Positions 1 to 13,100 of a stretch of 64,000 bases of DNA are shown piece after piece. A program made the translations under genes and the position numbers. Under the pieces are notes generated by a model. It had not been told where the DNA came from. It searched no databases and saw nothing but the letters and a program-made list of their open reading frames with translations. Numbering within the stretch: position 1 is the stretch's first letter; every line of letters starts with the position of its first letter. This DNA is from Pristiophorus japonicus (Eukaryota): the NCBI RefSeq assembly GCF_044704955.1, contig NC_091978.1, forward strand, positions 127,720,001 through 127,784,000, in the 5' to 3' direction.

Positions 1-1554
1 AATGCATCCCAGGGTATTAAAAGAGATGGTGGAAGTTATAGCAGATGCATTCGTTATAATCTACCAAAATTCTCTGGACTCTGGGGAGGTACCAGTGGAT
101 TGGAAAGCAGCTAATGTAACGCCTCTGTTTTAAAAAAAGGGGGCAGACAAAAGGCAGGTAACTATAGGCCGGTTAGTTTAACATCTGTAGTGGGGAAAAT
201 GCTTGAAGCTATCATAAAGGAAGAAATAGCGGGACATCTAGATAGGAATAGTGCAATCAAGCAGACGCAACATGGATTCATGAAGGGGAAATCATGTTTA
301 ACTAATTTACTGGAATTCTTTGAGGATATAACGAGTATGGTGGATAGAGGTGTACCGATGAATATGGTGTATTTAGATTTCCAAAAGGCATTCGATAAGG
401 TGCCACACAAAAGGTTACTGCAGAAGATAAAGGTACGTGGAGTTAGAGGGAATGTATTAGCATGGATCGAGAATTGGCAGGCTAACAGAAAGCAGAGAGT
501 CGGGATAAATGGGTCCTTTTCAGGTTGGAAATCGGTGGTTAGTGGTGTACCACAGGGATCGGTGCTGGGACCACAACTGTTTACAATATACATAGATGAC
601 CTGGAAGAGGGGACAGAGTGTAGTGTAACAAAGTTTGCAGATGACACAAAGATTAGTGGGAAAGCGGGTTGTGTGGAGGACACAGAGAGGCTGCAAAGAG
701 ATTTAGATAGGTTAAGCAAATGGGCTAAGGTTTGGCAGATGGAATACAATGTCTGAAAATGTGAGGTCATCCACCTTGGGGGAAAAAAACAGTAAAAGGG
801 AATATTATTTGAATGGGGAGAAATTACAACATGTTGCGGTGCAGAGGGACCTGGGGTCCTTGTGCATGAATCCCAAAAAGTTAGTTTGCAGGTGCAACAG
901 GTAATCAGGAAGGCGAATGGAATGTTGGCCTTCATTGCGAGAGGGATGGAGTACAAAAGCAGGGAGGTCCTGCTGCAACTGTACAGGGTATTGGTGAGGC
1001 CGCACCTGGAGTACTGCGTGCAGTTTTGGTCACCTTACTTAAGGAAGGATATACTAGCCTTGGAGGGGGTACAGAGACAATTCACTAGGCTGATTCCGGA
1101 GATGAGGGGGTTACCTTATGATGATAGATTGAATAGACTGGGTCTTTACTTGTTGGAGTTCAGAAGGACGAGGGGTGATCTTATAGAAACATTTTAAATA
1201 ATGAAAGGGATAGACAAGATAGAGGCAGACTGGTCGGGGAGACTAGAACTAGGGGGCACAGTCTCAAAATACAGGGGAGCCAATTTAAAACCGAGTTGAG
1301 AAGGAATTTCTTCTCCCAGAGGGTTGTGAATCTGTGGAATTCTCTGCCCAAGGAAGCAGTTGAGGCTAGCTCATTGAATGTATTCAAATCACAGATAGAT
1401 AGATTTTTAACCAATAAGGGAATTAAGGGTTATAGGGAGCGGGCGGGTAAGTGGAGCTGAGTCCATGGCCAGATCAGCCATGATCTTTTTGAATGGCGGA
1501 GCAGGCTCGAGGGGCTAGATGGCCTACTCCTGTTCCTAATTCTTATGTTCTTAT
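1..1554 (+). mobile_element. CR1-clade LINE (TTCTTATG-tail subfamily), 3' part of ORF2, cut by window edge
   Basis: RT motifs [40 protein letters not shown]. Premature TGA at 754-756. 3' UTR hairpin and TTCTTATG tail. Confidence 0.95.
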
Positions 1555-1840
1555 AACAAGGGGGCATAACCTTAAAATTAGAACTAGGCTGTTCAGGGAT
1601 GATGTCAGGCAGCACTTCTTCACACAAAGGGTAGTGGAAATCTGGAAATTTTTTGCCAAAAAGCTGTTGAGACTAGGCCAATTGAAAATTTCAAAACTGA
1701 GATTGATGGATTTTGTTAGGCAAGGGTATTATGGGTTATGGAACCAAGGCGGGTATATGGAGTTAAGATACAAAACAGCCATGATCTAATTGAATGGAGG
1801 AACGGGCTCAAGGGGCTGTATGACCTACTAATCTTCCAAT
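1555..1840 (+). mobile_element. Older CR1 3'-end fragment
   Basis: TRGHNLKI...HFFTQRVVEIW CR1 C-terminus plus a degenerate 3' UTR. Homologous to the split copy at 16779-16943/26465-26582. Confidence 0.75.
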
Positions 1841-1849
1841 GAAAGTTAC

Positions 1850-2360
1850 AATTGAATTTTCTTGCAGCACCCTTTCAGGCAATGCATTCCAGATCATCAT
1901 AATTCACTACATTAAAAATGTCTCCTCATTTCCCTCCAAGGTTCTTTGCCAATTGCCTTAACTCGGTGACCTCTGGTTACCAATCATCCTGCCAGTGGAA
2001 ATAGTTTCTCATTATTTACTCTATTAAAACCCTTCCTGATTTTGAACACTTCTATTAAATCTCCCCACAACCTTTGCTGTAAAGAAAACAATCCCAGCTT
2101 CTCTAGTCCCTCCACATAAGTGAAGTCCCTCATTCCTGGTACCATTCTGTAAGTCTCCTCTGCACCCTCTCGAAGGCCTTGACATCCTAAAGTGTGGTGC
2201 CCAGAATTGAACACAATACTCCAGCTGAGGCCTAACCAGTATTTTATAAAAATTTAGCATAACATTCTTGCTTTTCTACTCTATTAATAAACCCATGATC
2301 CCGTTTGCTTTTAACGGCCTTATCAACTTGTCCTGCACCTTCAAAGATTTGTGTATGTTA
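1850..2360 (-). mobile_element. Degenerate CR1 3' fragment
   Basis: ORF pieces [19 protein letters not shown] and GLEKLGLFSL. Confidence 0.8.
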
Positions 2361-2859
2361 TAGGTATTGTTTCTCCCTGCTCTCAAACACATTGACTTTT
2401 ACTGGAGAACTGTTCCACAAGTGCAGTCGATTACAAAGTGAAGATGTCACAAGTGCCTTTAATGCTTAGCTGTGATTGTTATTTAGTTGGACATCACCTC
2501 CAAAGTCATTCCTTGGAAATACAGTTCGACCAATCAAATGGAAGTAACCTACTGTTGACAGAAACTATGTCTTGTGCATATTTTTTGATCGTTAATCATT
2601 TTTCATAAGACTAAAACAAGCCAGCCAATTCCTATTGAAAACAACTGAAATCTTTAGCTATGTATTTGCAAATGCTTTTTGAATGGTTTTGAAAGTTAAT
2701 TTTCCCCTTAATTATTGCAGTTTCGCAAGATCACTTTCATATTGTATTGGAATAATTAAGTCTTGCATTAACACAAGGAATTATATACAACACCAAGCAT
2801 GTCATGTCTGCATCATCCTTAATATTTTAAATCTGTAGCATAGGTATAACTTTCATAAT

Positions 2860-3531
2860 CCATCATCATCATAGGCGGTCCCTCGAACGAGGATGACTTG
2901 CTTCCACAAGAGTTCAGATGTTTCAATGAAGGACCCGATGCTCCAGCCCTGAACTTCAATTGAGGGGGTGGAAGGTGCCTGTGCATGGATTTTTTTTTAA
3001 ACGTGTGGTGACCGTTGCACATCAGCCACCACACATGCTCGACCTTTATCCAGTGGCAAGGGTTGAATTAGGCCGACTGAAGACCTGCTATGCTGCATGG
3101 TCCTAGTGCGCGCGCATATCGCAGTGTGGGCAAGTCCTTGCTACCCCTGGGCCCTCAGCTCTTCTGGGCCCCGTACCCTCATTCGCCGCACCGCTGCCAC
3201 GATGTCTTGTCACTCCTCCGCCACAAAAACATTCACCGTACTTTGCCATGATCTCCCTCCGCACCGAACCTCCGTCGCGATCACCCACCACACCTCAGTC
3301 ACAATTCCTCATCACTCCTCCGCCCTGATCGCTCGTCGCAAGTCTGCCACGACCTTCCATGCTCCTCTGCTTTACCAGGGCCCAGCCGATGTTCCTGCCC
3401 ACGCTCCAAACAGCGACCTGGGTCCTGATGACATCGCCCACCTCAAAACTGCTCGCACACTTGGCATGCTCCAGCTCTATTTATAGCCCCGACCTGCAGT
3501 GGTGTTCTCTCACAGATCGGGGCAGCCCACC
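2860..3531 (-). mobile_element. Non-autonomous bipartite RTE-derived retroposon (SINE-like)
   Basis: Perfect 12-bp TSD AACTTTCATAAT (2848-2859, 3532-3543) and (GAT)n tail. The 3' end and an internal block match the 3' end and 5' UTR of the RTE at 10163-13994. Confidence 0.8.
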
Positions 3532-3644
3532 AACTTTCATAATAAGGGACCAGCCACTTACACAAAACCCACCAAACAAATTACTTGTACTTTTTCAAAG
3601 CTACCAATTTGGAGCTAACAGCCATCATAAAACAAACATGATTT

Positions 3645-4047
3645 CAACCTTCGCTCGGTGGTAGCACTCTCGTCTGAGTCAGAAGATTTTGAATTCAAGT
3701 CCCACTCAAGGACCTGAGTACATAATCTAGGCTGACACTTCAGTACTGTTTGCTATTTTTGGACGAAACAAGACATTGTTTAGGTGGACGTAAAAGATCC
3801 CATGGTACAAACAGAAGAGCTGGGCAATTCTCCCGATATTCTGGCCAACATTTATCCCTCATCCAACACCACTAAAAATCAATTAACTGGTCATTTTACC
3901 CTTATTTGTGAGATTTGTGCTGTGCCCAAATTATCTGCATGTTTGCTTACAAAATAGCATTGACTACACATCAAAAGTTGGATGTTAAGGATATTGGGAC
4001 ATCCTTAAGGACATGAAAGGCAGTATATAAATGCAAGTTCTTTTTCA
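3645..4047 (+). mobile_element. tRNA-derived SINE, SacSINE1/DeuSINE-like
   Basis: A-box-like GCTCGGTGGTAGCACT, B-box-like TTCAAGTCCC, Deu-type body (CTAGGCTGACACT, GGTGGACGTAAAAGATCCCATGG), tail TATATAAATGCAAGT. Family assignment from recall. Confidence 0.7.
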
Positions 4048-5057
4048 TGTTTCCACAGATAGCTGACTGCACCTAAAAGATAACATATCAAACACATTAA
4101 ATACTTAATTAATCATGCAAATTTAAACTCAGCCATAAGATTTCTTATGACCTTCCAGTAAATTTTACCAATAGTGACCTAATCTCAGAGGTCTGGGGCT
4201 TGAAATTTTTCTTTCTTGGTGAATGTTTTCTTCTCCAGACCTTGCCTGTCCAGTGTGGCCTTTCAGCTTTCTGCATGAGGGGAGTAGGTGGGTTCCATAG
4301 CTCTTCTCGGGAAGAACTAACCAGAAGAGGAAGGAGCTATAGACCGAGACATCAGAAAATTTAATTCAGCGCATATATAGTAATATATGGATTTCCAAAC
4401 CACTGACGATCTGGCCTGCAAAGCCCAGATTGTCAAATGGTCAGTTTCTCTCATTGTTGGAACAAAAAATCCTTTCTGCTGCTTCATCTCTTCCCCTTTC
4501 CCATCAAGCCAAACCCCTCTCCTCTCTAGCCCTGAAGCCACATCTCTCTCTAGTTTCTCTCTGATCCCCCTTCATGCCCTTGCTGGGCTTATTTCATCTT
4601 TTGAGGCCAATTTTCTGCTCGATGTTCTCACTAAACTGCTGACCATCTGACTTTTCTTCTTGGGGCCCCAACCTAGCGGACACTGTAAATAGCTCCACCC
4701 TTCCTCCTCTTTGCTTGTCAAAGACCTTTAATAGCAATGTTTCCTGAATTGCAAAATGAGGACATAGTGAATGTTTATAAGGGAGTGGCAAATATAGAGG
4801 AGAGCGAAAGATACAGAAGGAGGAAGAGGTTTGGAGAAAGTAGGAAAGGAAATAGTGCAAAGTATGGAAGCAATGAGGAAGAAGAGTAGAAGACTGAGGG
4901 AGATAGGAAAATTAGTGTTTGGGATTAAAAAAAAAATGAGCAAAAGTTACAGGAAAAGTATACAATATTTTTTCCCTGTGAGCAATGCCAAAATGTTTTG
5001 TCTAGCATCCGTCCATCTTGTTACACAATCTGTTGTATATTTTTTTTTAAAACAACA

Positions 5058-5989
5058 GAGCATAAGAAATAGGAGTAGGCCACTTGGTCTCTTGAGCTTG
5101 CTCCACCATTTAATAAGATCATGGCTGATCTGATCTTGGGCTCAGTTCCACTTCCCTGCCCGTTCCCATTTACCCTTCACTCCCTTATCGTTCAAAAATC
5201 TTGTCTATCTCCACCGTAAATATATTCAATGACCAGGCTCCACAACTCTCTGGGGCAGAGAATTCCACATATTTACAACCCTCTGAAAAGAAATTCCTCC
5301 TCAGCTCAGTTCTAAACGGGCTATCCCTTATTCTGAAACTATGTCCCCTAGTTCTAGATTCCCACATGAGTGGAAACATCCTCTCTGCATCTACCTTGTT
5401 GAGCCTCCTCAGCGTCTTATGTGTTTCAATAAGATCACCTCTCATTCATCTAAACTCCAATGAGTTATAGGCCTAACCAGTTCAACCTTTCATCATAAGT
5501 CAACCCCTTCATCTCAGGAATCAATCTAGTGAACCTTCTCTGAACTGCCTCCAATGAAAGTATATCCCTCCTTTAAATAAGGAGACCAAAACTGTATGCA
5601 GTACTCTAGGTGTGGTCTCACCAATATCCTGTACAGTTGTAGCAGGACTTTCCTACTTTTATACTCTATCCCCCTTGCAATAAAGGCCAACATTCCATTT
5701 GCCTTCCTGATTACTTGCTGTATCTGCATACTAACTTTTTGTGTTTAATGCACAAGGACCCCCAGGTCCCTCTGTACTGCAGCATTTTGTAATCTCCATT
5801 TAAATAATAATTAGCTTTTTTATTTTTCCTGCCAAAGTGGGATAACCTCACACTTTCCCACTCCATCTGCCATATGTTTGCCCACTGACAGCCTGTCTGT
5901 ATCCCTTTGCAGATTCTTTGTGTCCTCCTCGCAATTTGCTTTTCCACTCCTCTTTGTATCATCAGCAAACTTGGCTACATTACACTCAG
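5058..5989 (-). mobile_element. CR1 LINE, 5'-truncated, frameshifted
   Basis: FADD through the C-terminal TRGHSFRIR in ORFs 5185-5968, with 3' UTR hairpin and tail. Confidence 0.9.
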
Positions 5990-6169
5990 ATTAGCTCAAT
6001 TGTTCTAGTAATATAAAATTGACCAATCACGAGTTACTATCTTATAAACCACCAAATCAGATAAATCAGTAGTTACCACCAAGCCAAACCTGTCCAATCA
6101 CATTTTTTATACTATCAGTGGCATTCTTGGTTTTTCACCAGCCTACCAAAATATCGATAAAAGTAAAAT

Positions 6170-6520
6170 GTGTAACCTACACTATGGGACTTCTCATCAG
6201 CCTGGCTATAATGCTGAAGAACTATGCACCAGAGAAGCTGCTCCCCTAGCCAAGCTGTCCCAGTACAGCTAGGACACTAGCATCTACCTATTAATGTGCA
6301 AGATTGCCCAGATATATCATACCCACAAAAAACAGAACACGTTTAACTCTGCTAATTACTGCCCTATCGGCCTCCTTCCAATCACCAGTAAAGCCAGTAG
6401 GAATCATCAAGCAACACCTATTCATTAATAACCCACTCTCCGATGCTAAATTTAGGTTCTCCCAAACCACTAGACATGGACACAACAGCTGAATACCAGA
6501 GGAGAGGAGAGAGTAACTGC
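6170..6520 (+). mobile_element. Ancient LINE RT fragment (CR1/L2-like)
   Basis: Degenerate KIAQIY.THKKQ...ANYCPIGLLPITSK...IKQHLF.NNPLSD.KFRF. Confidence 0.55.
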
Positions 6521-6559
6521 CTTCAACTATTTTCAGCTGCTGCTTCAATGACTTTCTCC

Positions 6560-7000
6560 TATTTCTCATTTACATGTTGCCCCTTGGTTTCCACATGTAT
6601 GCTGATGACACTAAGCTCTACTTTACTATCGCTTCTCTCGACCCCTCCACAGTCTCTAAATTGTCAGACTGCTTGTCCGACATCCAGTTCTGGATGAGCA
6701 GAAATTTTCTCCAATTGAAGCCATTGTTTTTGTCTCTGCCACAAACTCCGTTCCCTAGCCAATGACTCTATCCCTTTCCCCAACTTCTGTCTGAGGCTAA
6801 ACCATATTGTTCGCAACCTTAGTGTCATATTTGATCCTGAAATGAGCTTTCGACCACATCCACAGCATAACTAAGACTGCTTATCTCTAACTCCGCCTTT
6901 GCCTCAGCTCATCCGCTGCTGAAGCCCTCATCCATGCCTTTGTTACCCCTAGACTTGACGATTCCAATGCATTCCTGGCTGGCCTCCCACATTCCACCCT
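6560..7000 (+). mobile_element. L2-clade LINE RT fragment
   Basis: FHMYADDTKLY...LSDCLSDIQFWMSRNFLQL and AEALIHAFVT.RLD.SN are typical of L2. Confidence 0.8.
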
Positions 7001-9926
7001 ACATAGAAACATAGAAAATAGGTGCAGGAGTAGGCCATTCGGCCCTTCGAGCCTGCACCACCATTCAATAAGATCATGGCTGATCATTCACCTTAGTACC
7101 CCTTTCCTGCTTTCTCTCCATACCCCTTGATCCCTTTAGCAGTCAGGGCCATACCCCACTCCCTCTTGAATATATCCAATGAACTGGCATCAACAACTCT
7201 CTGCGGTCGGGAATTCCACAGGTTAACAGCTCTGAGTGAAGAAGTTTCTCCTCATCTCAGTCCTAAATGGCTTACCCCTTATCCTTAGACTGTGTCCCCT
7301 GGTTCTGGACTTCCCCAACATCGGGAACATTCTTCCTGCATCTAATCTGTCCAGTTCCGTCAGAATTTTATATGTTTCTATGAGATCCCCTCTTATCCTT
7401 CTAAACTCCAGTGAATACAGATCCAGTCTCTCCTCATATGTCAGTACTGCCATCCCGGGAGTCAGTCTGGTGAACCTTTGCTGCACTCCCTCAATAGCAA
7501 GAATGTCCTTCCTCAGATTGGGAGACCGAAACTGAACACAATATTCAAGGTGAGGCCTCACCAAGGCCCTGTACAACTGCAGTAAGCCTTACCTGCTCCT
7601 ATACTCAAATCCCCTAGCTTTGAAGGCCAGCATGCCATTTGCTTTCTTTACTGCCTGCTGTACCTGCATGCCTACCTTCAATGACTGATGTACCATGACA
7701 CCCAGGTCTCATTGCACCTCCCCTTTTACTAATCTGTCACCATTCAGATAATCTGCCTTCCTGTTTTTGCCACCAAAGTGGATAACCTCACACTTATCCA
7801 CATTATACTGCATCTGCCATGCATATTTGCCCATTCACCTAACCTGCCCAAGTCCTCCTGCAGCCTCTAGCATCCTCCTCTCAGCTTGCACTGGCACCCA
7901 GCTTAGTGTCATCTGCAAACTTGGAGATATTACACTCAATTCCTTCATCCAAATCATTAATGTATATTGTAAATAACTGGGGTCCCAGCACTGAACCCTG
8001 CGGCATCCCACCAGTCACTGCCTGCCATTCTGAAAAGGATCCGTTTATTCCCACTCTTTGCTTCCTGTCTGCCAACCAGTTCTCTATCCACGCCAATACA
8101 TTACCCCCAATACCATGTGCCTTAATTTTCCACACTAATCTCTTGTATGGGTCCTTGTCAAAAGCCTTTTGAAAGTCCAAATATACCACATCCACCGGTT
8201 CTCCCCTATCCACTCTACTAATCACATCCTCAAAAAAAAACTCCAGAAGATTTGTCAAGCATGATTTCCCTTTCATAAATCCATGCTGACTTGGACCGAT
8301 CCTGTCACTGCTTTCCAAATGCGCAGCTATTACATCTTTATTAATTGATTCCAGCATTTTCCCCACCATCGATGTCAGACTACAATTCCGTGTTTTCTCT
8401 CCCTTTTTAAAAAAAAAATTGGGTTACATTAGTTACCCTCCAATCCATCGGAACTGAACCAGAGTCCATGGAATGTTGGAAAATGACCACCAATGCATCT
8501 GCTATTTCTCGGGCCACTTCCTTAAGTACTCCGGGATGCAGACTATCAGGCCCTGGGGATTTATTGGCCTTCAGTCCCTTCAATTTCCCTAACACCATTT
8601 CCTGACTAATAAGGATTTCCCTCAGTTCCCCCTTCTCGCTAGACCCTCGGTCCCCTAGTATTTTCGGGAGGTTATTCGTGTCTTCCTTAGTGAAGACAGA
8701 ACCAAAGTATTTGTTCAATTGGTCTGCCATTTCCTTGTTCCCCATTATGAATTCCTCTGATTCTGACTGCAAGGGACCTACATAAGTCTTCCCTAATCTT
8801 TTTCTCTTCACGTATCTATAGAAGCTTTTGCAGTCAGTTTTTATGTTCCCTGCAAGCTCATTCTCATACTCTATTTTTCCCCTCCTAATTAAACCCTTAG
8901 TCTTCTCTGCTGAATTCTAAATTTCTCCCAGTCCTCAGGTTTGCTGCTTTTTCTGGCCAATTTATATGTGTCTTCCTTGGATTTAACACTTTCCCTAATT
9001 TCCCTTGTTAGCCATTGTTGAGCTATCTTCCCTTTTTTATTCTTACGCCACACAGGGACGTACAATTGTTGTAGTTCATCCATGTGATATTTAAATGTCT
9101 GCCATTACCTATCCACCGTCAACCCTTTTAAGTATCATTCTCCAGTCTATCCTAGCCAATTTACCTCTCATACCATCGAAGTTTCCTTTTCTTTTCAGGA
9201 CCCTAGTCTCTGAATTAACTGTGTCACTCTCCATCTTAATAAAGAATTCTACCATATTATGGTCACTCTTCCCCAAGGGGCCTCGCACAACAAAATTGCT
9301 AATGAATCCTTTCTCATTACACATCACCCAGTCTAGGATGGCCTGCCCTCCTAGTTGGTTCCTCGACATATTGGTCTAGAAAACCATCCCTTATACACTC
9401 CAGGAAATCCTCCTCCACAGTATTGCTACCAGTTTGGTTAACCCAATCAATATACAGATTAAAGTCACCCATGATAACTGCTGTACCCTTATTGCACGCG
9501 TCCCTAATTTCCTGTTTGATGCCATCCCCAACCTCCCTACTACTTTTTGGTGGTCTGTACACAACTCCCACTAACGTTTTCTGTCCTTTAATGTTTCGCA
9601 GCTCTACCCATATAGATTCCACAACATCCACGCTAATGTCCTTCCTTACTATTGCGTTAATCTCCTCTTTAACCAGTAACGCTACCCCACCTCCTTTTCC
9701 TTCCTGCCTGTCCTTCCTGAATATTGAATACCCCTGGATGTTAACTTCCCAGCCTTGGTTACCTTGGAGCCATGTCTCCATAATCCCAATTACATCATAT
9801 CCGTTAACCGCTATCTGCGCAGTCAATTCATCCACCTTATTACGAATGCTCCTCACATTGAGACTCCGCCTTCAGGCTTGTATTTTTAAACTTTGTCCTT
9901 TTAGAATTATGTTGTAATGTGGCCCA
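7001..9926 (-). mobile_element. CR1 LINE (TTCTATGT-tail subfamily), near-complete disrupted ORF2
   Basis: APE motifs (ETW, GDFN, SDH) at 9109-9856, RT at 7223-8811, several frameshifts, tail at 7001-7020. Confidence 0.93.
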
Positions 9927-10162
9927 TGCTCATTACTCGCCTGGATGGGCACAGCTGCATCATTATTTGAATTTTAAAACATTCGGGAAAAGCAGTTTAC
10001 TTGATCAGTACCCCTCCCTCCATCACTGGTGTACCATGGTGGTAGAATGCATAATCTACACGATGTACTGCAGTGTCTCACCCAGGTTAGTTGACAACAA
10101 TCCCCTTCCCTGTGATCTTTACCACAAGAGCAGTAATGTTGTGGGAATACCACCATCTAATA
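9927..10162 (+). mobile_element. Old LINE 3' region, left part (split by the RTE)
   Basis: YSPGW..., SLHHWCTMV..CIIYTMYCS. Continues at 14001 after the RTE TSD. Confidence 0.55.
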
Positions 10163-13100
10163 TCCATCATCATCATCATCATCATCGGCAGTCACTCGGA
10201 ATCAAGGAAGACTTGCTTCCACTCCTAAAGTGAGTTCTTTGCTGGCTGAACAGTCCAACATGAGAGCCACAGACTCTGTCACATGTGGGACAGATATTCA
10301 TTGCGGGAAGGGGGGGTGGCAGTGATTTACCACGCGCTCCTTCCGCTGCCTGCGCCTGACCTCTTCACGCTCGCAGCGTTGAGATTCGAAGAGCTCAATG
10401 CCCCCCCCGGATGCACTTTCTCCACCTAGGGCGGTCTTTGGCCAGGGTTTCCCAGGCATCTGTGGTGATGTCGCACTTCACCAGGGAGGCTTTGAGGGTG
10501 TCCTTGTAACGTTTCCACTGTCCACCTTTGGCTCGTTTTCCATGAAGGAGCTCCGCATATAGCAGTTGCTTCGGGAGTCTCGTGTCTGGCATGTGAATTA
10601 AGTAGCCTGCCCAGCGAAGCTGATCGAGTGTGGTTAGTGCTTCAATGCTGGGGACGTTAACCTGGGCGAGGACACTGTTGTTGGTGCGTCTGTCTTCCCA
10701 GGGGATTTGCAGGATCTTGCGGAGACATCGTTGGTGATATATCTCCAGCGACTTGATGTGTCTTCTGTAAGTCGTCCATGCCTCTGATCCATACAGGAGT
10801 GCGGGAATTACTACAGCCCTGCAGACCATGAGCTTGGTGGTAGGTTTGAAGGCTTGGTCTTCGAACGTTCTTTTCCTCAGGCAGCCGAAGGCTGCACTGG
10901 CGCATTGGAGGCGATGTTGAATCACTACATCAATGTCTGCTTTTGTTGACAAGAGGCTCCCGAGGTATGGAAAGTGGTCCACATTGTCGAGAGCTGCGCC
11001 GTGAATCTTGATGACTGGGGGGCAGTGCTGTGCGGCGAGGACAGGCTGGTGTAGATCCTTTGTCTTATGGATGTTAAGCGTAAGGTCCATGCTTTCCTAT
11101 GCCTCGGTGAATACATCGACTATATCCTGGAGTTCAGTCTCCGAATGTGCGCAGACGCAGGCGTCATCCGCATACTGCAGTTCAACAACAGAGGTTTGGG
11201 TGGTCTTGGACCTGGTCTGGAGGTGGCGTAGGTTAAACAGCTTCCCACTGGTTCTGTAGTTTAGTTCCATTCCAGCGGGGAGCTTGTTGACCGTGAGGTC
11301 GAGCATGGCAGCAAGGAAGATTGAGAAGAGGGTTGGAGCGATGACACAGCCCTGTATTGTCCCCGGTTCGGACGTGGAATGGGTCTGTAACGGATCCGCT
11401 GGTAAGGATCACAGCCTGCATGTCGTCGTGGAGCATTGAAAGGAAGTTGACAAACTTTTGGGGGCACCCAAAACGGTCGACAGTGTCAAAGGCCTTTGTA
11501 AAATCAAAAAAAGGCAATGTATAAGGGCTGGCGCTGCTCCCTACATTTTTCCTGCAGTTGTCGTGCTGCAAAGATCATGTCCGTTGTTCCCCGTAGGGGA
11601 CGAAATCCACATTGTGACTCCGGGAGGAGCTCCTCGGCCACAGGTAGAAGACTGTTGAGGAGGACTCTAGCGACAACCTTCCCAGTGGTTGATAGCAGGG
11701 AGATTCCCCTGTAGTTGCCACAGTCGGATTTGTTCCCCTTTTTAAAAATGGACACGATCTCTGAGATCTCCCGCCATGTTCTCCTCCCTCCAAATGAGAG
11801 AGATGAGGTCATGTATCCGTGCCAACAGCGCCTTTCTACCATATTTTAACGCCTCAGCAGGAATTCCATCCGCACCCTTGGCCTTGTTCTTGAGCTGTTT
11901 TTTTGGCTTTGCCTGCCTCTTGTAGTGTTGGAGTTTCACTGAGGTGATGGTGGATTGCATGCTGCGGGCTGGAGTTGAGAACTTTCGAGCCAAAGGCAGA
12001 GTCTCGATTGAGGAGATCTTCAAAGTGCTCCTTCCAGCGGGCCCTGACAGCCTCAGTGTCCTTGGAGTGTTTCCCCGTTCTTGGCCAGGAGTGGGGTGGG
12101 GCCTTGGGAATTTGGACCGTAGGTGGCCTTGACTGCAGTGAAGAATCCTCGTATGTCGTGGCTGTCAGCTAGTTGTTGTATCACCTGCGCTTTCTCCATC
12201 CACCACCTGTTCTTTAGGTCCCGGGTTTTTTGTTGGTCCTCAGCCTTGAGCCGTCTGTAACGTTGCTTTGTAGCTCCCGAGTTTGGTTGTTGCTTGAGGC
12301 TCAAAAATGCTCTGCGCTTACGATCTATTAGTTCTTAGATCTCCTGATCATTTTCATCAAACAAGTCCTGGTGTTTTCTGGTTGAGTAACCGTGTCTTTT
12401 CACAGGCACTGGTTATGGAGGCCTGGAGGGCAGACCAAGCGCTGTGGGCATTGAGCATCTCAGGGTCATCAAGGCATGCCAGATTGGCTGAGAGGCGCTG
12501 GCTGTATAGGGCTCTCTTAGCTGGGTCTTTAAGTGCCCCGGCATAAATTTTTTTGTGGCACTGCTTCTGTTGTCCCCTCTGCTTTGGGGCTATGTTAATA
12601 TTGATAATGGATCGGATTAGGCGATGGTCCGTCCAGCAGTCATCAGCTCCAGTCATGCCGCGGGTGATGCGCACATCCTTACGATCCTTGGCTCGGACGA
12701 TGTCATAGTCCAGCACGGGCCAGTGTTTAGAGCAAGGGTGTTACCATGATGCCTTGTATTTGTCCCTCTGGCGGAACAGGGTGTTGGTGATGAGAAGTTC
12801 ATGTTCTGGACATTTTGTCAAGAGTAGGGTGCCGTTGAAGTTGGATTTCCCTACCCCTCCTCCCCAGAGGGCTGTGTCGTTGCTGACCCTCGCATTAAAG
12901 TCTCCTAAGAGGATCAATTTGTCGTTCTTGGGGACGCAGGACAGGAATGTCTCGAGGTTTGAATAAAAATCCTCTTTAGCCTCATCCGTTGCGTCGAGTT
13001 CCTTAAGCTGGCCTTCCCCCTGCCCGCCGGGTCTCGCTTAGAGCGGCGATGTCAGAGTCTGCAGTGCGGCATTCCGCCTGTCGCTGTTGGAGTTGTCCAT

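Noticed and set aside
162-956. Long antisense ORFs over CR1 RT/APE (also 9423-9917, 35478-35978, 47553-48074, 62747-63400)
   Set aside because: Reverse-frame shadows of LINE ORF2 that recur in every copy, with no independent gene signals.
3170-3360. CRISPR-like repeat array
   Set aside because: Repeats are degenerate and irregular, lie inside a TSD-bounded retroposon, and there are no cas genes in this vertebrate context.
3645-3720. Possible tRNA gene
   Set aside because: Degenerate A/B boxes continue into a SINE body and tail, with no complete cloverleaf.
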